A stretch of 60,352 nt of DNA, filler included, from Nitrospinae bacterium RIFCSPLOWO2_12_FULL_45_22 (GTDB lineage: Bacteria; 2-12-FULL-45-22), in assembly GCA_001803565.1 (NCBI GenBank). It is 8 parts of 8 records of this genome, joined end to end, with 100 filler letters (N's around TTAATTAATTAA, not from the genome) between each part and the next. Parts side by side here need not be neighbours in the genome. Positions count along the whole stretch, not along the records: positions 39,057 to 50,035 come from MHDQ01000190.1; positions 50,136 to 55,182 come from MHDQ01000191.1; 6 more parts are not named here. One strand, written 5' to 3'. Positions within the stretch are counted from its first letter, which is position 1. The number at the start of each line of letters is the position of its first letter. A program made the translations under genes and the position numbers. Below, one piece after another: positions 40,353-50,639 of this stretch. The notes under the pieces are model-generated. The model ran no database searches. It saw only the letters and a program-made list of their open reading frames with translations, and was not told the DNA's origin.

Positions 40353-41745
40353 TATCTATTTTCTCCTCCGGTTTAGTTTTTTCCACTCGGCAAAAAATTT
40401 CTCCTTGATAGAGCTTTACTGATACCTTGTGGCCTTTTTCTACCTCCTGGGCATCTTTTACTATCTGCCCGCTGGGTAGGCTGCAGCAGATGCTATAGCC
40501 CCGTGCCAGGATAGCCAGAGGGCTCAGGCTATTAAGCTGTCCTGCGGTACCCTCCAATCGTTTTCTTGTCATACCCAGTCTATAGATCATCTGGCGGGTC
40601 AGGTCTTTGAAAAGCCTTTGCAGATAATCTCTTCCATAAAGGATCTTTTCTCTCGGTGACCGGGAATAGTGCCTCTGGCACAAATGGGCCAGGTATTCCT
40701 TTTTATTCTTAAGCTGAATAGAAAGCGTCTTGACTGTCCGGGCCTGTAACTCATCTACCCTTTGTTGATGGTATTGCATCTTTTCTTGAGGTATGGAGAA
40801 GCCCTTTCGCTGGCAGAGGCGTTGGAGCCGATCTTTTAAGAAGCCCAGGGAATAGCCCATCCGGTTCCGCAGCCGGCTATGGAGGGTTTGGAGGTGCAAA
40901 AGGATATCTTCCTTGTTCTTGACCACTAATTCTGCGCCCGCTGAGGGGGTAGGGGCCCGCAGGTCAGCCACAAAATCGGCAATAGTAAAATCTATCTCAT
41001 GGCCCACGGCTGATATTACCGGGATGCGGGAGGCAAAGATTGCCCGCGCTACCGCTTCTTCATTAAAAGCCCATAGGTCTTCTACTGACCCGCCTCCTCG
41101 CCCTATAATCAACACATCTATATCAGGGAACTGGTTTAGGAGCCTGATCCCTTCTGCGATTTCCTGGGAAGCACCCTCTCCTTGTACCCGGGCGGGATAA
41201 AGGATAAGATGGACATTGGCAAAACGCCGCTGGATAACCCGCAAGATATCCTGGATAGCAGCCCCAGTAAGTGAAGTCACTATACCGATTTTTTGGGGCA
41301 ATAGGGGCAAGGGCTTTTTGTGCTGGGGGTCAAATAACCCTTCTTGCGCCAGCTTATCTTTCAGTTGCTGGAAGGCCAGTTGCAGAGCCCCTATGCCTTT
41401 AGGCTCCATATAATCTATGATGATCTGGTATTCTCCCCGGGGTTCATAGACGCTTATTCTACCGCGGACAATGACTTTGAGCCCATCTTCCAGTTTAAAC
41501 CTGAGGGCCCGCCGCTGGGATTTAAAGAGTAGGGCCTTGATCTGACTGGTTTCATCTTTGAGGGTAAAATAGGTATGGCCGGAAGAGGGTATCCGGAGGT
41601 TAGAGATTTCTCCTTCTACCCAGATAGCTGAAAGTTCCAGCTCTAAAATCAGTTTTATCCGGCTGGTCAGCTCGCTAATAGTATATATCGGCTGGCCGGT
41701 GCTCAGGGCCCAGGGCTCTGTTTCGGCTATCTTCCTTCCCTCCAT
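40333..41745 (-). CDS. xseA: Exodeoxyribonuclease VII large subunit
   Basis: WVEGEISN, SGHTYFTLKD, RGGGSVEDLWAFN, SAVGHEID, RAPTPS. Confidence 0.95.
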   Translation of the reverse strand: MEGRKIAETEPWALSTGQPIYTISELTSRIKLILELELSAIWVEGEISNLRIPSSGHTYFTLKDETSQIKALLFKSQRRALRFKLEDGLKVIVRGRISVYEPRGEYQIIIDYMEPKGIGALQLAFQQLKDKLAQEGLFDPQHKKPLPLLPQKIGIVTSLTGAAIQDILRVIQRRFANVHLILYPARVQGEGASQEIAEGIRLLNQFPDIDVLIIGRGGGSVEDLWAFNEEAVARAIFASRIPVISAVGHEIDFTIADFVADLRAPTPSAGAELVVKNKEDILLHLQTLHSRLRNRMGYSLGFLKDRLQRLCQRKGFSIPQEKMQYHQQRVDELQARTVKTLSIQLKNKKEYLAHLCQRHYSRSPREKILYGRDYLQRLFKDLTRQMIYRLGMTRKRLEGTAGQLNSLSPLAILARGYSICCSLPSGQIVKDAQEVEKGHKVSVKLYQGEIFCRVEKTKPEEKIDNDRAKI

Positions 41746-42647
41746 ATGCTTTCCTCATCTAATGCTGGGCCAAAAATCTGTTTACGGTATGCCAATAGAG
41801 TGTTTTTCAGCAGCATGGATATTATTAAGGGGCCTACGCCACCGGGTACGGGGACTATAAGCCGGGCTTTTTCTGGTGCCCCATCCAGTTCTATGTCACC
41901 TACCAGCTTCCCCTTTATCATATTGAACCCCACATCTATTACCATAGCATCATCAGCCAACATACTGGCTTTGATCGCCCTGGGTTTTCTTAGGTCAGTA
42001 ATGACAATTTCGGCCTTGCTGAGCAATTCTTCTCCCTGGCTACCCCAGTTGGTTGTCACCGAGACCGTAGCATAACGCTGAGCCAGGAGCATGGATAAGG
42101 GCTTGGCAAAGCCTTCTTCACGCCCTACAATTAATACCCTTTTACCGATAAGATCTATTTTGTATCGGCCTAATATTTCAGTTATAGCTGCCAGGGTAGC
42201 AGAGACCAGGGTAGCAGTCCCGGCCAGGAGCTTGCCGATGTTTAGTGGGTGAAGGCCATCTATATCCTTGCGGTAATCTATTGTCTGAGAAAGGGCACCT
42301 ATATCTATCTCTCCTGGAATAGGCAATCGAATAATTATCCCATGGACTTTAGGGTTGTTATTCAAGGAATGAATAATTTCCTGGAGCTCCTTTAATGAAA
42401 TTTCACTGGGTAGATAGGCAACAAAGAAATTAATACCAGCCTTGTCGCATGCCATCCTTTTCCGTCGCAGAAAGAGTTGGCCAGCTAAGTCCTCACCAAT
42501 GGAAATAGCTGCTAAACCAGGGGTTATGCCTGTCTGGGCCTTAAGGGCGGCTACTTCTGTCTTTATTTCCTCCAGGATCTCTACCGCCATAGCCCGCCCA
42601 TCCAGGACCTTTGCTGTCTCACAAGCAGACTTAGCTAATTCCATCAT
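41727..42647 (-). CDS. folD: Divergent FolD (methylene-THF dehydrogenase/cyclohydrolase family)
   Basis: KDIDGLHP, VIDVG, PVPGGVGP; several canonical motifs are altered. Confidence 0.85.
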   Translation of the reverse strand: MMELAKSACETAKVLDGRAMAVEILEEIKTEVAALKAQTGITPGLAAISIGEDLAGQLFLRRKRMACDKAGINFFVAYLPSEISLKELQEIIHSLNNNPKVHGIIIRLPIPGEIDIGALSQTIDYRKDIDGLHPLNIGKLLAGTATLVSATLAAITEILGRYKIDLIGKRVLIVGREEGFAKPLSMLLAQRYATVSVTTNWGSQGEELLSKAEIVITDLRKPRAIKASMLADDAMVIDVGFNMIKGKLVGDIELDGAPEKARLIVPVPGGVGPLIISMLLKNTLLAYRKQIFGPALDEESIWREGR

Positions 42648-42872
42648 CTCTATCCACCCCTATTTAGGGAGTAAAGAGTAAGCAGTGAGCCGTGAGCAGT
42701 AACGGCTTACTCCTAACTGCTTACTGCTCACTTTTTTATAGGTTAAGAGGTTAACGCTCCGATGCACAATTTTAGGTTTAAAGGTTAGGAAATATTTGCT
42801 AGAGAACAATATTACTGCGGTATTAATTAAGGTGCAAGAATTTTCTTATTGAGGTAAAATGCACCAACTAAC

Positions 42873-43047
42873 TAGTTGTCACTGAAAAAATAGGATGTCG
42901 AGCAAGCTCGACCGCTACACCATTTCGTTATTAGGTTATTAGGTCATTGCGTAATTAATAACCTAATTACCTAATGACCTAATAACGAATCTTCTGTAAG
43001 ATGTAGTGGCAAAGCTTGTTTTGCCGAAATTTTTTCAGTGCCAACTA
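42873..43047. mobile_element. MITE-like element with nested REP pair and tandem palindrome
   Basis: TIRs TAGTTGTCACTGAAAAAA / TTTTTTCAGTGCCAACTA; a second copy lies at 48824-48946. Confidence 0.75.
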
Positions 43048-43073
43048 AAACTTTACGATAGGAGGGTAAGAAA

Positions 43074-44120
43074 ATGGCTAAGATGAAATCCCTGATATTT
43101 TATGGAGCAAGGGAGGTTAGTATAGAGGAGGTGGATCGGCCTACCATGGAAAAACCTACCGATGCCCTGGTCAAAGTGACCCTTTCCACTATATGTGGCT
43201 CAGACCTCCATATCTATCATGAAGAGCTGCCCATACCACCACCTTTTCCTATAGGACATGAATTTGTTGGTGTGATTGAAGAGCTAGGGAAGGATGTCTC
43301 GGGTTTTAAAGAAGGCGACCGGGTAGCCGCTTCTTGTGTAGTATATTGTGGCCAGTGTTATTATTGTCAAAAGGGCTTATATGGCCACTGTGAGAAGGGG
43401 GGCCTTTATGGTTGTGGGGCTCTGATGGGCAATCTGGGTGGCACCCAGGCTGAGTATGTAAGAGTCCCCTATGCCCAACTGGGACTGCACAAGATCCCGG
43501 ATGAATTAACTGATGAGCAAGTCCTCTATGTTGGTGATATTTTAACTACGGGGTTTACAGCCGCCAGGAAGGGGAATATATTGCCCGGGGATATCGTGGC
43601 AGTGTTTGGCTCTGGCCCAGTAGGATTATGTGCCCAGGTATGTGCCCAGCTCTTTGGCCCGGCCCGGGTTATCGCGGTAGATAGACTGGATTATCGCTTA
43701 GAAGTTTCACGGCAGATAGGCTGTGAGCCGATAAATGCGGCTAGAGAAGATCCAGCCGCTAAGATAAAAGAATTGACCGAGGGCCGTGGAGTTGATGTTG
43801 CCATCGAAGCCGTGGGGATCCCGGCAACTATGGCCGGGTGCCTCTCTTCCGTTAGACCCGGGGGGAGGGTCTCGGCCGTAGGAATATTCTCTCAGCCTAT
43901 GGAATTCCCTCTGCCTCAGCTCTGTATGCTGGATATTAGCTTGACCATGAGCATTTGTGATGTGCAGTGGATGCCCGCCTTGATAAAGCTTATCCAGAAC
44001 AAAAAGATAGACTTAACCTTTTTGGGCACCCATTCTATGCCCCTGGCCGATGCAGCAAAGGCATACGAGATATTTGATCAGAAACAGGATCTGGTCTTAA
44101 AAATCCTGCTGCGACCCTAA
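43074..44120 (+). CDS. Zinc-dependent alcohol dehydrogenase (MDR family)
   Basis: ICGSDLH, GHEFVG, CGQCYYC...C, GSGPVG. Confidence 0.95.
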   Translation: MAKMKSLIFYGAREVSIEEVDRPTMEKPTDALVKVTLSTICGSDLHIYHEELPIPPPFPIGHEFVGVIEELGKDVSGFKEGDRVAASCVVYCGQCYYCQKGLYGHCEKGGLYGCGALMGNLGGTQAEYVRVPYAQLGLHKIPDELTDEQVLYVGDILTTGFTAARKGNILPGDIVAVFGSGPVGLCAQVCAQLFGPARVIAVDRLDYRLEVSRQIGCEPINAAREDPAAKIKELTEGRGVDVAIEAVGIPATMAGCLSSVRPGGRVSAVGIFSQPMEFPLPQLCMLDISLTMSICDVQWMPALIKLIQNKKIDLTFLGTHSMPLADAAKAYEIFDQKQDLVLKILLRP

Positions 44121-44147
44121 AACCAATTTGACCGTGTCCAATTGGAT

Positions 44148-44272
44148 AAATCCTAAATTCGAAATGGTAAATCCTAAACAAATTCAAATGACCAAAATTC
44201 AAAACGAGATAATGGTTTTGAAATTTGGATTTACGATTTTGATATTATTTTGGATTTAATGCTTAGGATTTG
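44148..44272. repeat. Palindromic heptamer-like tandem repeat (AAATCCT / AGGATTT)
   Basis: Left arm of AAATNNN units and right arm of complementary units. Confidence 0.6.
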
Positions 44273-44309
44273 GGTGTGGCTATTCTTTGTCAGAAATCCA
44301 TTAACAATG

Positions 44310-44361
44310 GTAGTGGCAGAGCTTGCTCTGCTAGAAATGTCGAGCAAGCTCGACCACTACA
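44310..44361. repeat. REP doublet (GTAG type)
   Basis: GTAGTGGCAGAGCTTGCTCTGC...GTCGAGCAAGCTCGACCACTAC; same units as in 42873-43047 and 48824-48946. Confidence 0.75.
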
Positions 44362-44490
44362 AATTATATTACATAGGCCTTATGACAAAAAATAGCCACT
44401 CCCTTAGGATTTAGAGTTTGTTCAGGTTGGTTGCTCTCAATAAATATGACATTGTGAGGCCAAAACAGGGAGAATTGGGAGTGAGGGGAG

Positions 44491-44943
44491 ATGCTGGAAT
44501 ACCTGAAATGCCCCCAGTGTGGGCAGGTGATAAAAAGTTTTAAATCGCCTACGCCTACGGTAGATATCATCATTGAATGCGAGACCAATGACGGAAGAAA
44601 AGGGATTGTCCTTATCTATCGCAAGAACCCTCCATTAGCCTGGGCTATCCCTGGTGGCTATGTAGATTATGGCGAGACCGTGGAAGTGGCGGCAGTGAGG
44701 GAAGCCAGGGAAGAGACTTCTTTGGATGTTACTCTGATCCGGCAATTCCATACCTATTCTGATCCGAAAAGGGACCCCCGGCAGCATAATATCAGCACAG
44801 TATTTATCGCTATTGCCCAGGGAGAACCTATGGCGGCGGATGATGCCACCGCCATAGGTATATTTACCTCCGATAATATCCCGCTGGAGTTGGCCTTTGA
44901 CCATGAGCAAATCCTTGCTGACTATTTTCAGAAAAAATATTGA
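44491..44943 (+). CDS. NUDIX hydrolase
   Basis: [24 protein letters not shown] Nudix box; RDPR; LAFDH. Confidence 0.95.
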   Translation: MLEYLKCPQCGQVIKSFKSPTPTVDIIIECETNDGRKGIVLIYRKNPPLAWAIPGGYVDYGETVEVAAVREAREETSLDVTLIRQFHTYSDPKRDPRQHNISTVFIAIAQGEPMAADDATAIGIFTSDNIPLELAFDHEQILADYFQKKY

Positions 44944-45078
44944 TTCCTTAAATAGCCACACCCGCTTAATTTGCTCTTAGCCCCTCTCTGCTAATAATCT
45001 CTAAACGTTTGCCGACGAAGCCTTTGCGCCTTATCTACCTGAGTTAAATAGGGGAGAATAGTTGCATAAAGGGCAATA

Positions 45079-47307
45079 TTACCAGGGATGAAGAGGGGTT
45101 AGTATCTCTAGCTCGGGGATAGACCAAAAATGGACGGGGTCTGAGCCGGTCTGGGTAATTTTCAAGTAACGGGCTTCCTGGGCAGGGAAATAGATTTCAA
45201 AGATAGGGTTTTTATGATGCAAAGCAAAAGAGAGTAAGGGCGGTAGTGCAGCCTTTTCTTTTTTTACTAACTTCCATACTTGTTTATCGGTTGATACCTC
45301 TAGCTTATAACCCCGGGGATAGTCAGTCACATATCTTTCCAGATGTATTCTTAAACCACTAACAGGATGCTTTTTACCCAGGTCTACCAGAAACCAGGTC
45401 CCGGGTCTTTGTGGTACCTGCGCAGACCAGCGGGTCTTCAAAACATCATCTATAGCATAAAAGGCATCATGGTCAAAAATGCTTCCCTCTACTTCCCATC
45501 CAATATTAACCAGGGAGATAGAGGGGACTGAAGGGGTAGGGTAAAGAACGGGGGCTAGCTCATAAATATAATCCGAACCGAATTGCTCAACTAGTGCAAG
45601 ACTGCTATCCATCTCCCCTATCTGTCCCTTAATCCATTTTATCCAGTCTGGTGGATAGGGCTGAGAATGCCAGATTATGTATCTTACCCCCAGGGACTGC
45701 AAGTCCCTGAGGAATTCTGAGCCCGGGAACAATACCATCCTGTCTTTCAAATAATAATATAACGGGGGATAATAGCCGCTGTAGCCGTTAACCAGTTTTT
45801 TCCAGTGATAAGTGGAGTAATACATATAAGGGGTTTCATGCCAGAGATCGGTTATGGGCAACTCAATAATGGCAAAGTCCTCCTTCTGCTTTGCAAGCCA
45901 GCCATATACTGGCGGGATGCCCTCGGCATTGTTTACTGAGACCAGGTGGATAGGGCCGGAGTAGTATTCCAGGAGAATAAGGCCTGGGATCAGGCATAAC
46001 AATAACTTTTTCTTTGTGTTCCCTTTTATCCTTAAAAGAATGGAAGCACCGTATCCTGCGAGGGTACTTAAGGCGAACATGGTGAAGATCCCGAACCGGG
46101 CTGGGACCCTTAACCCATCAAATCCTGGAATCAGATTATAGAGTAAGGCATATGGCCCCATGATCAAATCTTTATAGGTGGTATGGATATGGATTAAAGG
46201 GCCAAGAGAGAATAGGAAGGCGAGGAAAGCGGTAAGCAGATAATATACCATCGGGTTCCGCAAAAAAGTTATCTTTCCCTGGACAGATGAGAGGGGCAAG
46301 TGTTCGGTTAATTTGGGGTTGAGCTGTCTGCCTCGGCACATAAAACCTATGATTCCTAATACTGCCAGGCACAGGCATACCAGCCCAGGGAAAAGGGTCT
46401 TTTCTATACTATTTCCAGGATCAGCTAATATCGCTCCATATAATTTGTTCTCGGTTGATACCCGTAAATAGCTTTGAACATCGGCTGAAAAGGGGATGAT
46501 CTCTTCTAGGGAGCGTTTAAATCCCCAGTCTTTTTTAAGCTTCATATAGGGGTAAAAAAGAGGGAATAATAGGCTTACTGTAATAAGAGATAAAAGGATA
46601 AAGCTCTTTATATTTTGCCAGGCAAAAAAATCTTTTTTGATATTCAGCAGGAGAAAACAAGCGATAAATACCGTGGTGAATAGGGCGTAGTAGCCGCAAG
46701 ACAGGCATTGGAGTACATAAAAGGTTATGGCCAGGATTAAATGGCGATATTTGAACTGATTCACAAATTTATGCAGGTAGAGGAAGGCAAAAGGTAGCCA
46801 TTGGATGGTCAGGAGCTGTAAGTGAGCCAGATGGGCGAAGCGATAGGGGCAGAAGGCAAATATCAGGGCAGAAATAAAAGCTGGCCAGGAATAACCTGTT
46901 AGATGCCTGACCAGTAAGAACATACCCAGGGCAGAGACAAAAAATGAGAATAGGAAGACGAAGTTATAGGCCAGGATAACATTTTTGGTGAAGAGGATAA
47001 TAGGCATAGCCAATAGCGAGCTTCCTATTAAATGTTCCGAATAGGCCAGGGTCCGCTGGTGAGGATGGAATATGTTGGCATTAAATAAGTTTATGGGGTC
47101 AGTAAATATCTGGTGTACATCCCAGGCCAGTATCCAGGTGTTCAATAAGGGGTCGCCCAGATTGTCGGGTAGATGGTCGGTGAGGTGGAGGATCAAGGGA
47201 TAGGTCATTAAGGCGGTTAGGAGGATGAATAATATTAATATCTTAATAGTGCCTTGGTGTCCCTTAATCCAATCTTTCAACTCCATAGCTATCCTTTTGC
47301 CCATCAC
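45079..47307 (-). CDS. GT-C/YfhO-like membrane protein with C-terminal F5/8 (discoidin) domain
   Basis: GDPLLNTWILAW, FNANIFHP, LRVPARF, HWKKLVNGYSG, TRWS..VDLG...ARYLKI. Confidence 0.8.
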   Translation of the reverse strand: MMGKRIAMELKDWIKGHQGTIKILILFILLTALMTYPLILHLTDHLPDNLGDPLLNTWILAWDVHQIFTDPINLFNANIFHPHQRTLAYSEHLIGSSLLAMPIILFTKNVILAYNFVFLFSFFVSALGMFLLVRHLTGYSWPAFISALIFAFCPYRFAHLAHLQLLTIQWLPFAFLYLHKFVNQFKYRHLILAITFYVLQCLSCGYYALFTTVFIACFLLLNIKKDFFAWQNIKSFILLSLITVSLLFPLFYPYMKLKKDWGFKRSLEEIIPFSADVQSYLRVSTENKLYGAILADPGNSIEKTLFPGLVCLCLAVLGIIGFMCRGRQLNPKLTEHLPLSSVQGKITFLRNPMVYYLLTAFLAFLFSLGPLIHIHTTYKDLIMGPYALLYNLIPGFDGLRVPARFGIFTMFALSTLAGYGASILLRIKGNTKKKLLLCLIPGLILLEYYSGPIHLVSVNNAEGIPPVYGWLAKQKEDFAIIELPITDLWHETPYMYYSTYHWKKLVNGYSGYYPPLYYYLKDRMVLFPGSEFLRDLQSLGVRYIIWHSQPYPPDWIKWIKGQIGEMDSSLALVEQFGSDYIYELAPVLYPTPSVPSISLVNIGWEVEGSIFDHDAFYAIDDVLKTRWSAQVPQRPGTWFLVDLGKKHPVSGLRIHLERYVTDYPRGYKLEVSTDKQVWKLVKKEKAALPPLLSFALHHKNPIFEIYFPAQEARYLKITQTGSDPVHFWSIPELEILTPLHPW

Positions 47308-47354
47308 AGATTCTAAGGAACGAGTAGCGCTACCTGTAACAGTTACCGATACTT

Positions 47355-48692
47355 TTATATATGGAGCGGCTTTATTTGGTGAATATTCTCTTCCAGGAGC
47401 GCTAGGAAGGCGGGAGGGTCTGAGGGAAGGGGTTTTGGCGTATAATCCTGTTTAATCCTTTCTAAATATCCTGGTAGGGTGGGATATTGGCTGATTATAT
47501 AATCCATATTGGGACTGAGTCCGCAGCACAGCCGGTTCAAACGCCAGTAACTCAGCAAAAAATCCCGGGCCAGCGCAATATCTTTTTGTTGCAATTGGTT
47601 ATAGATAGCACATTCTTGCTCTAGCAGGCTATTTACTTTTCTTAACAAGGAGGTATCTACGCCAGTACTCTTTTCCACTAAGGCAATGCCGATATTTTCG
47701 TTCTCATGACGAAACATAGCTCCTCGCAGGGCGCTCAAGAGGGCATCGCGGCCCATGGAGGATAGGTGCTGCTGTCCTGCATCTTCATACATCTTTAAGC
47801 GAGATTGGATTATCTCTTCTGAATTACCTAAATTCAGGCCCAAATTTCTCCCTACCGAGATTCCCTGTTCGATGATCCTGGTCATTAATCCCCGCAAGAG
47901 CTGGTTATCTATTACTTCGCCACAGGTACAGCCAATCAGGGCCGAGACAGGGTTTATCAAGTTGGCCAGGGTCTTATCAAAACTATCTTTCCTGAAGCTA
48001 TTCTCGAACTCAGCCCTTACCTGAAGCCTTTGGGGAGGGAAGAGGGTTTTTACCCGCTGGAGGGTTTGTTCAAACTCCGGGGTCTTTTTCTCAAACCAGT
48101 TACCGATAACAATCTCACTGATACCGCTCCTTACCAGCCGTACTGGGTGGCTCCCTATTTCCTGCAGCTCATAATCGGTCCCACCCATTATTACTACCCG
48201 GACTAATGTATTGGTAATACCCCTTGCTTTATGCCCGGCCAGGGCCTTTTCTTCCGGGGCTAATCCATTAACCAGATAGGTTATCACACTATCTGGCTTA
48301 GCAATCTCTTTAATTAGATCCTGGACCGCTGCATAATCATATGCCTTAACCGCCACAAAAATAACCGCTCCATCGGCCAGCCCTATCTGGCCCAAGGCCA
48401 TAGTGGAATAAGCCGCTACCTCACCTGGAGCCAATGTTTTCGGGTTCGCTATTATTTTACCCAATGGAATAACCGTTTTATCATCAGGATAATAGACATC
48501 TTTTTCTATGCGTAATTCCTGGGTCGTTAATGCCTTTACTGGTTGAGGTAGGTCCAGGGCCCCTAGCCGTGCCTCCGTACTATAGAGTTTGAGCATAAAA
48601 TAAGAGCCAATCTGCCCACCAGCCCCTATAATGAGCAAATCAATCTTTGTCATTTTTCTGTTAATAAAACTCAAAAGTAGATACTTAATCAC
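47355..48692 (-). CDS. Ketopantoate reductase-like oxidoreductase
   Basis: IIGAGGQIG, VAVKAY, LVNG, N.INPVSAL, SSMGRD, E.ENI. Confidence 0.65.
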   Translation of the reverse strand: MIKYLLLSFINRKMTKIDLLIIGAGGQIGSYFMLKLYSTEARLGALDLPQPVKALTTQELRIEKDVYYPDDKTVIPLGKIIANPKTLAPGEVAAYSTMALGQIGLADGAVIFVAVKAYDYAAVQDLIKEIAKPDSVITYLVNGLAPEEKALAGHKARGITNTLVRVVIMGGTDYELQEIGSHPVRLVRSGISEIVIGNWFEKKTPEFEQTLQRVKTLFPPQRLQVRAEFENSFRKDSFDKTLANLINPVSALIGCTCGEVIDNQLLRGLMTRIIEQGISVGRNLGLNLGNSEEIIQSRLKMYEDAGQQHLSSMGRDALLSALRGAMFRHENENIGIALVEKSTGVDTSLLRKVNSLLEQECAIYNQLQQKDIALARDFLLSYWRLNRLCCGLSPNMDYIISQYPTLPGYLERIKQDYTPKPLPSDPPAFLALLEENIHQIKPLHI

Positions 48693-48823
48693 GAATTACA
48701 CGAATGGACGAATGACACCAATGGCTCTTAGCATTGCCCGCAACGGTCTAACTATATTCGTGCTATTCATACATTCCCAAAACCGCATTATTAAAATGAA
48801 AATTCCTCTAGTATCTAGTTATT

Positions 48824-48946
48824 TAGTTGCCACTGAAAAATGGGGTGTCGAGCAAGCTCGACCACTACATGCATCATGAAAACAGTATTGCTATAGCAAT
48901 ATGTAGCGGCAAAGCTTGCTTTGCTGGTTTTTTTCAGTGGGAACTA
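48824..48946. mobile_element. MITE-like element, second copy
   Basis: TAGTTGCCACTGAAAAA...TTTTTCAGTGGGAACTA enclosing the same REP pair. Confidence 0.75.
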
Positions 48947-49060
48947 TTTAGTATACCGAAATACGGGTAATTTTGCTATGGATGGATGGGACTTAACCAG
49001 GGCCACGTCAAAGTCATCTTAGAAGTCGATTGGGTAACTCAAGGCTTTAGCCTTGACAGA

Positions 49061-50035
49061 TCAACCCTGAAGGGTTGAGTTACAGGGGCTGCTCAGGATC
49101 ACTTTGACGTTACCGTGGGGGCTTAACACCTCTAGCTCGTGGATAGTCCAGCGATATTGGTGGTTACCTGTCAGGGTAATTTTTAGATACCGGGCTTCGT
49201 GGGGCGGGAAATAAATCTCAAAGATAGGGTCTTTGGGCTGCCGGGCATAGGATAAGAGGGGTGGCAATGGGTCTCTTTCTTCTTTGACTAATTCCCAGAC
49301 CGCTTTATCCGCAGATATTTCTAGTGTGTAACCCCGGGGATACTCTGCTACATCTTCTCCCAGGTGGATTCTTACGCCATTTATTAGGCACTCTTTACCG
49401 AGGTCTATCAAGAAATAACTCCCTGGCCTCTGGGGCTCGTGGGTGGACCAGTAAGTCTCCAAAATGCCATCAATGGCCTTTGGGGAATCAATACTAAATC
49501 TGTTTGCCTCGACTTGCCATTTAGCCTTATCCAGAACGGTGAAAGAATCCGGCGGAATAGGAAAGGGGCCAGGGTCTATGGCATACACATAGTCGGTATA
49601 GAATTGCCGGACTAACCGGAGGGTGCTACCGAGCTCAGCAATCTGCGACTTTATTCGTTCCCTCTGCCCTGGGGAATAGAGATGGGAATGCCAGACCAGA
49701 TACTTGACCCGGAGGGCCTGCAAGTCTCGAAGAAAATCGCGGGACGGGAAAAGGGTCGCCCTATCCCTCAAATAAAAATAATAGAGGGGTGGATAATAAC
49801 CACTGTGACCATTAACCAGCTTTTTCCAATGATAAGTAGAATAGTAGGTATAGAGGGTTTCTTGCCCTGGATCGGTCATGGGGAGCTCTATGATAGCAAA
49901 ATCTCCTTTTTGATTAGCGAGCCACTGATATACCGGGGGAATTTCTTTTCCTGCCTTTACCGGTGCGATAGGGATCGGTGCCGGGTAATATTCAATAAGG
50001 ATTAGAGATGAAAATATAAAAAAGAACAGGCCCTT
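49061..50035 (-). CDS. Paralogue of the GT-C/discoidin protein, 5' truncated
   Basis: YYSTYHWKKLVNGHSGYYPPLYY and YPRGY.LE.S.DK shared with 45079-47307; frame open to the contig edge. Confidence 0.85.
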   Translation of the reverse strand, partial: KGLFFFIFSSLILIEYYPAPIPIAPVKAGKEIPPVYQWLANQKGDFAIIELPMTDPGQETLYTYYSTYHWKKLVNGHSGYYPPLYYFYLRDRATLFPSRDFLRDLQALRVKYLVWHSHLYSPGQRERIKSQIAELGSTLRLVRQFYTDYVYAIDPGPFPIPPDSFTVLDKAKWQVEANRFSIDSPKAIDGILETYWSTHEPQRPGSYFLIDLGKECLINGVRIHLGEDVAEYPRGYTLEISADKAVWELVKEERDPLPPLLSYARQPKDPIFEIYFPPHEARYLKITLTGNHQYRWTIHELEVLSPHGNVKVILSSPCNSTLQG

Positions 50036-50639
50036 NNNNNNNNNNNNNNNNNNNNNNNNNNNNNNNNNNNNNNNNNNNNTTAATTAATTAANNNNNNNNN
50101 NNNNNNNNNNNNNNNNNNNNNNNNNNNNNNNNNNNTATATCTTGCCCTTTTTTCTCGTTAAGCGGCTCTATGTGACTTTTGCATAGAATTTTGAGAGATA
50201 GTGTAACCATCCCTTTGTCCCTGTAAGTTATCATATAATTCCCTTTAAGCCAACAATGGACTTTTGTTATTTTCAAACCCTTTGCGCGCATTCCTTCCTT
50301 AAAAGGCTCTCCTCTCAATAATTTTCTTATTGCAGACTTCTACGAATAGCCAATAAAAAGGGCTATTTTTTGGACATTTTACCGAGACCAAATATGCCCT
50401 CCAGGATATTATTAGGCTACTAATATATATTAAATTATATATAATTTAGCTATAATATCTAGCCTTTACCAATTTCGGAATGTCCAATTATGCGTAAATT
50501 ATTGATGCTATTGACTTTTCTTTATATGGTCGAAGAAGTCTGAACTTTGACTCGAAATTTCTATTTATCGAGCCAGAAGAAGTAATTAAGAGATAGATAG
50601 GATAGTAAGAGCTAAGGGCTCATAGACTATCTCACCCTT

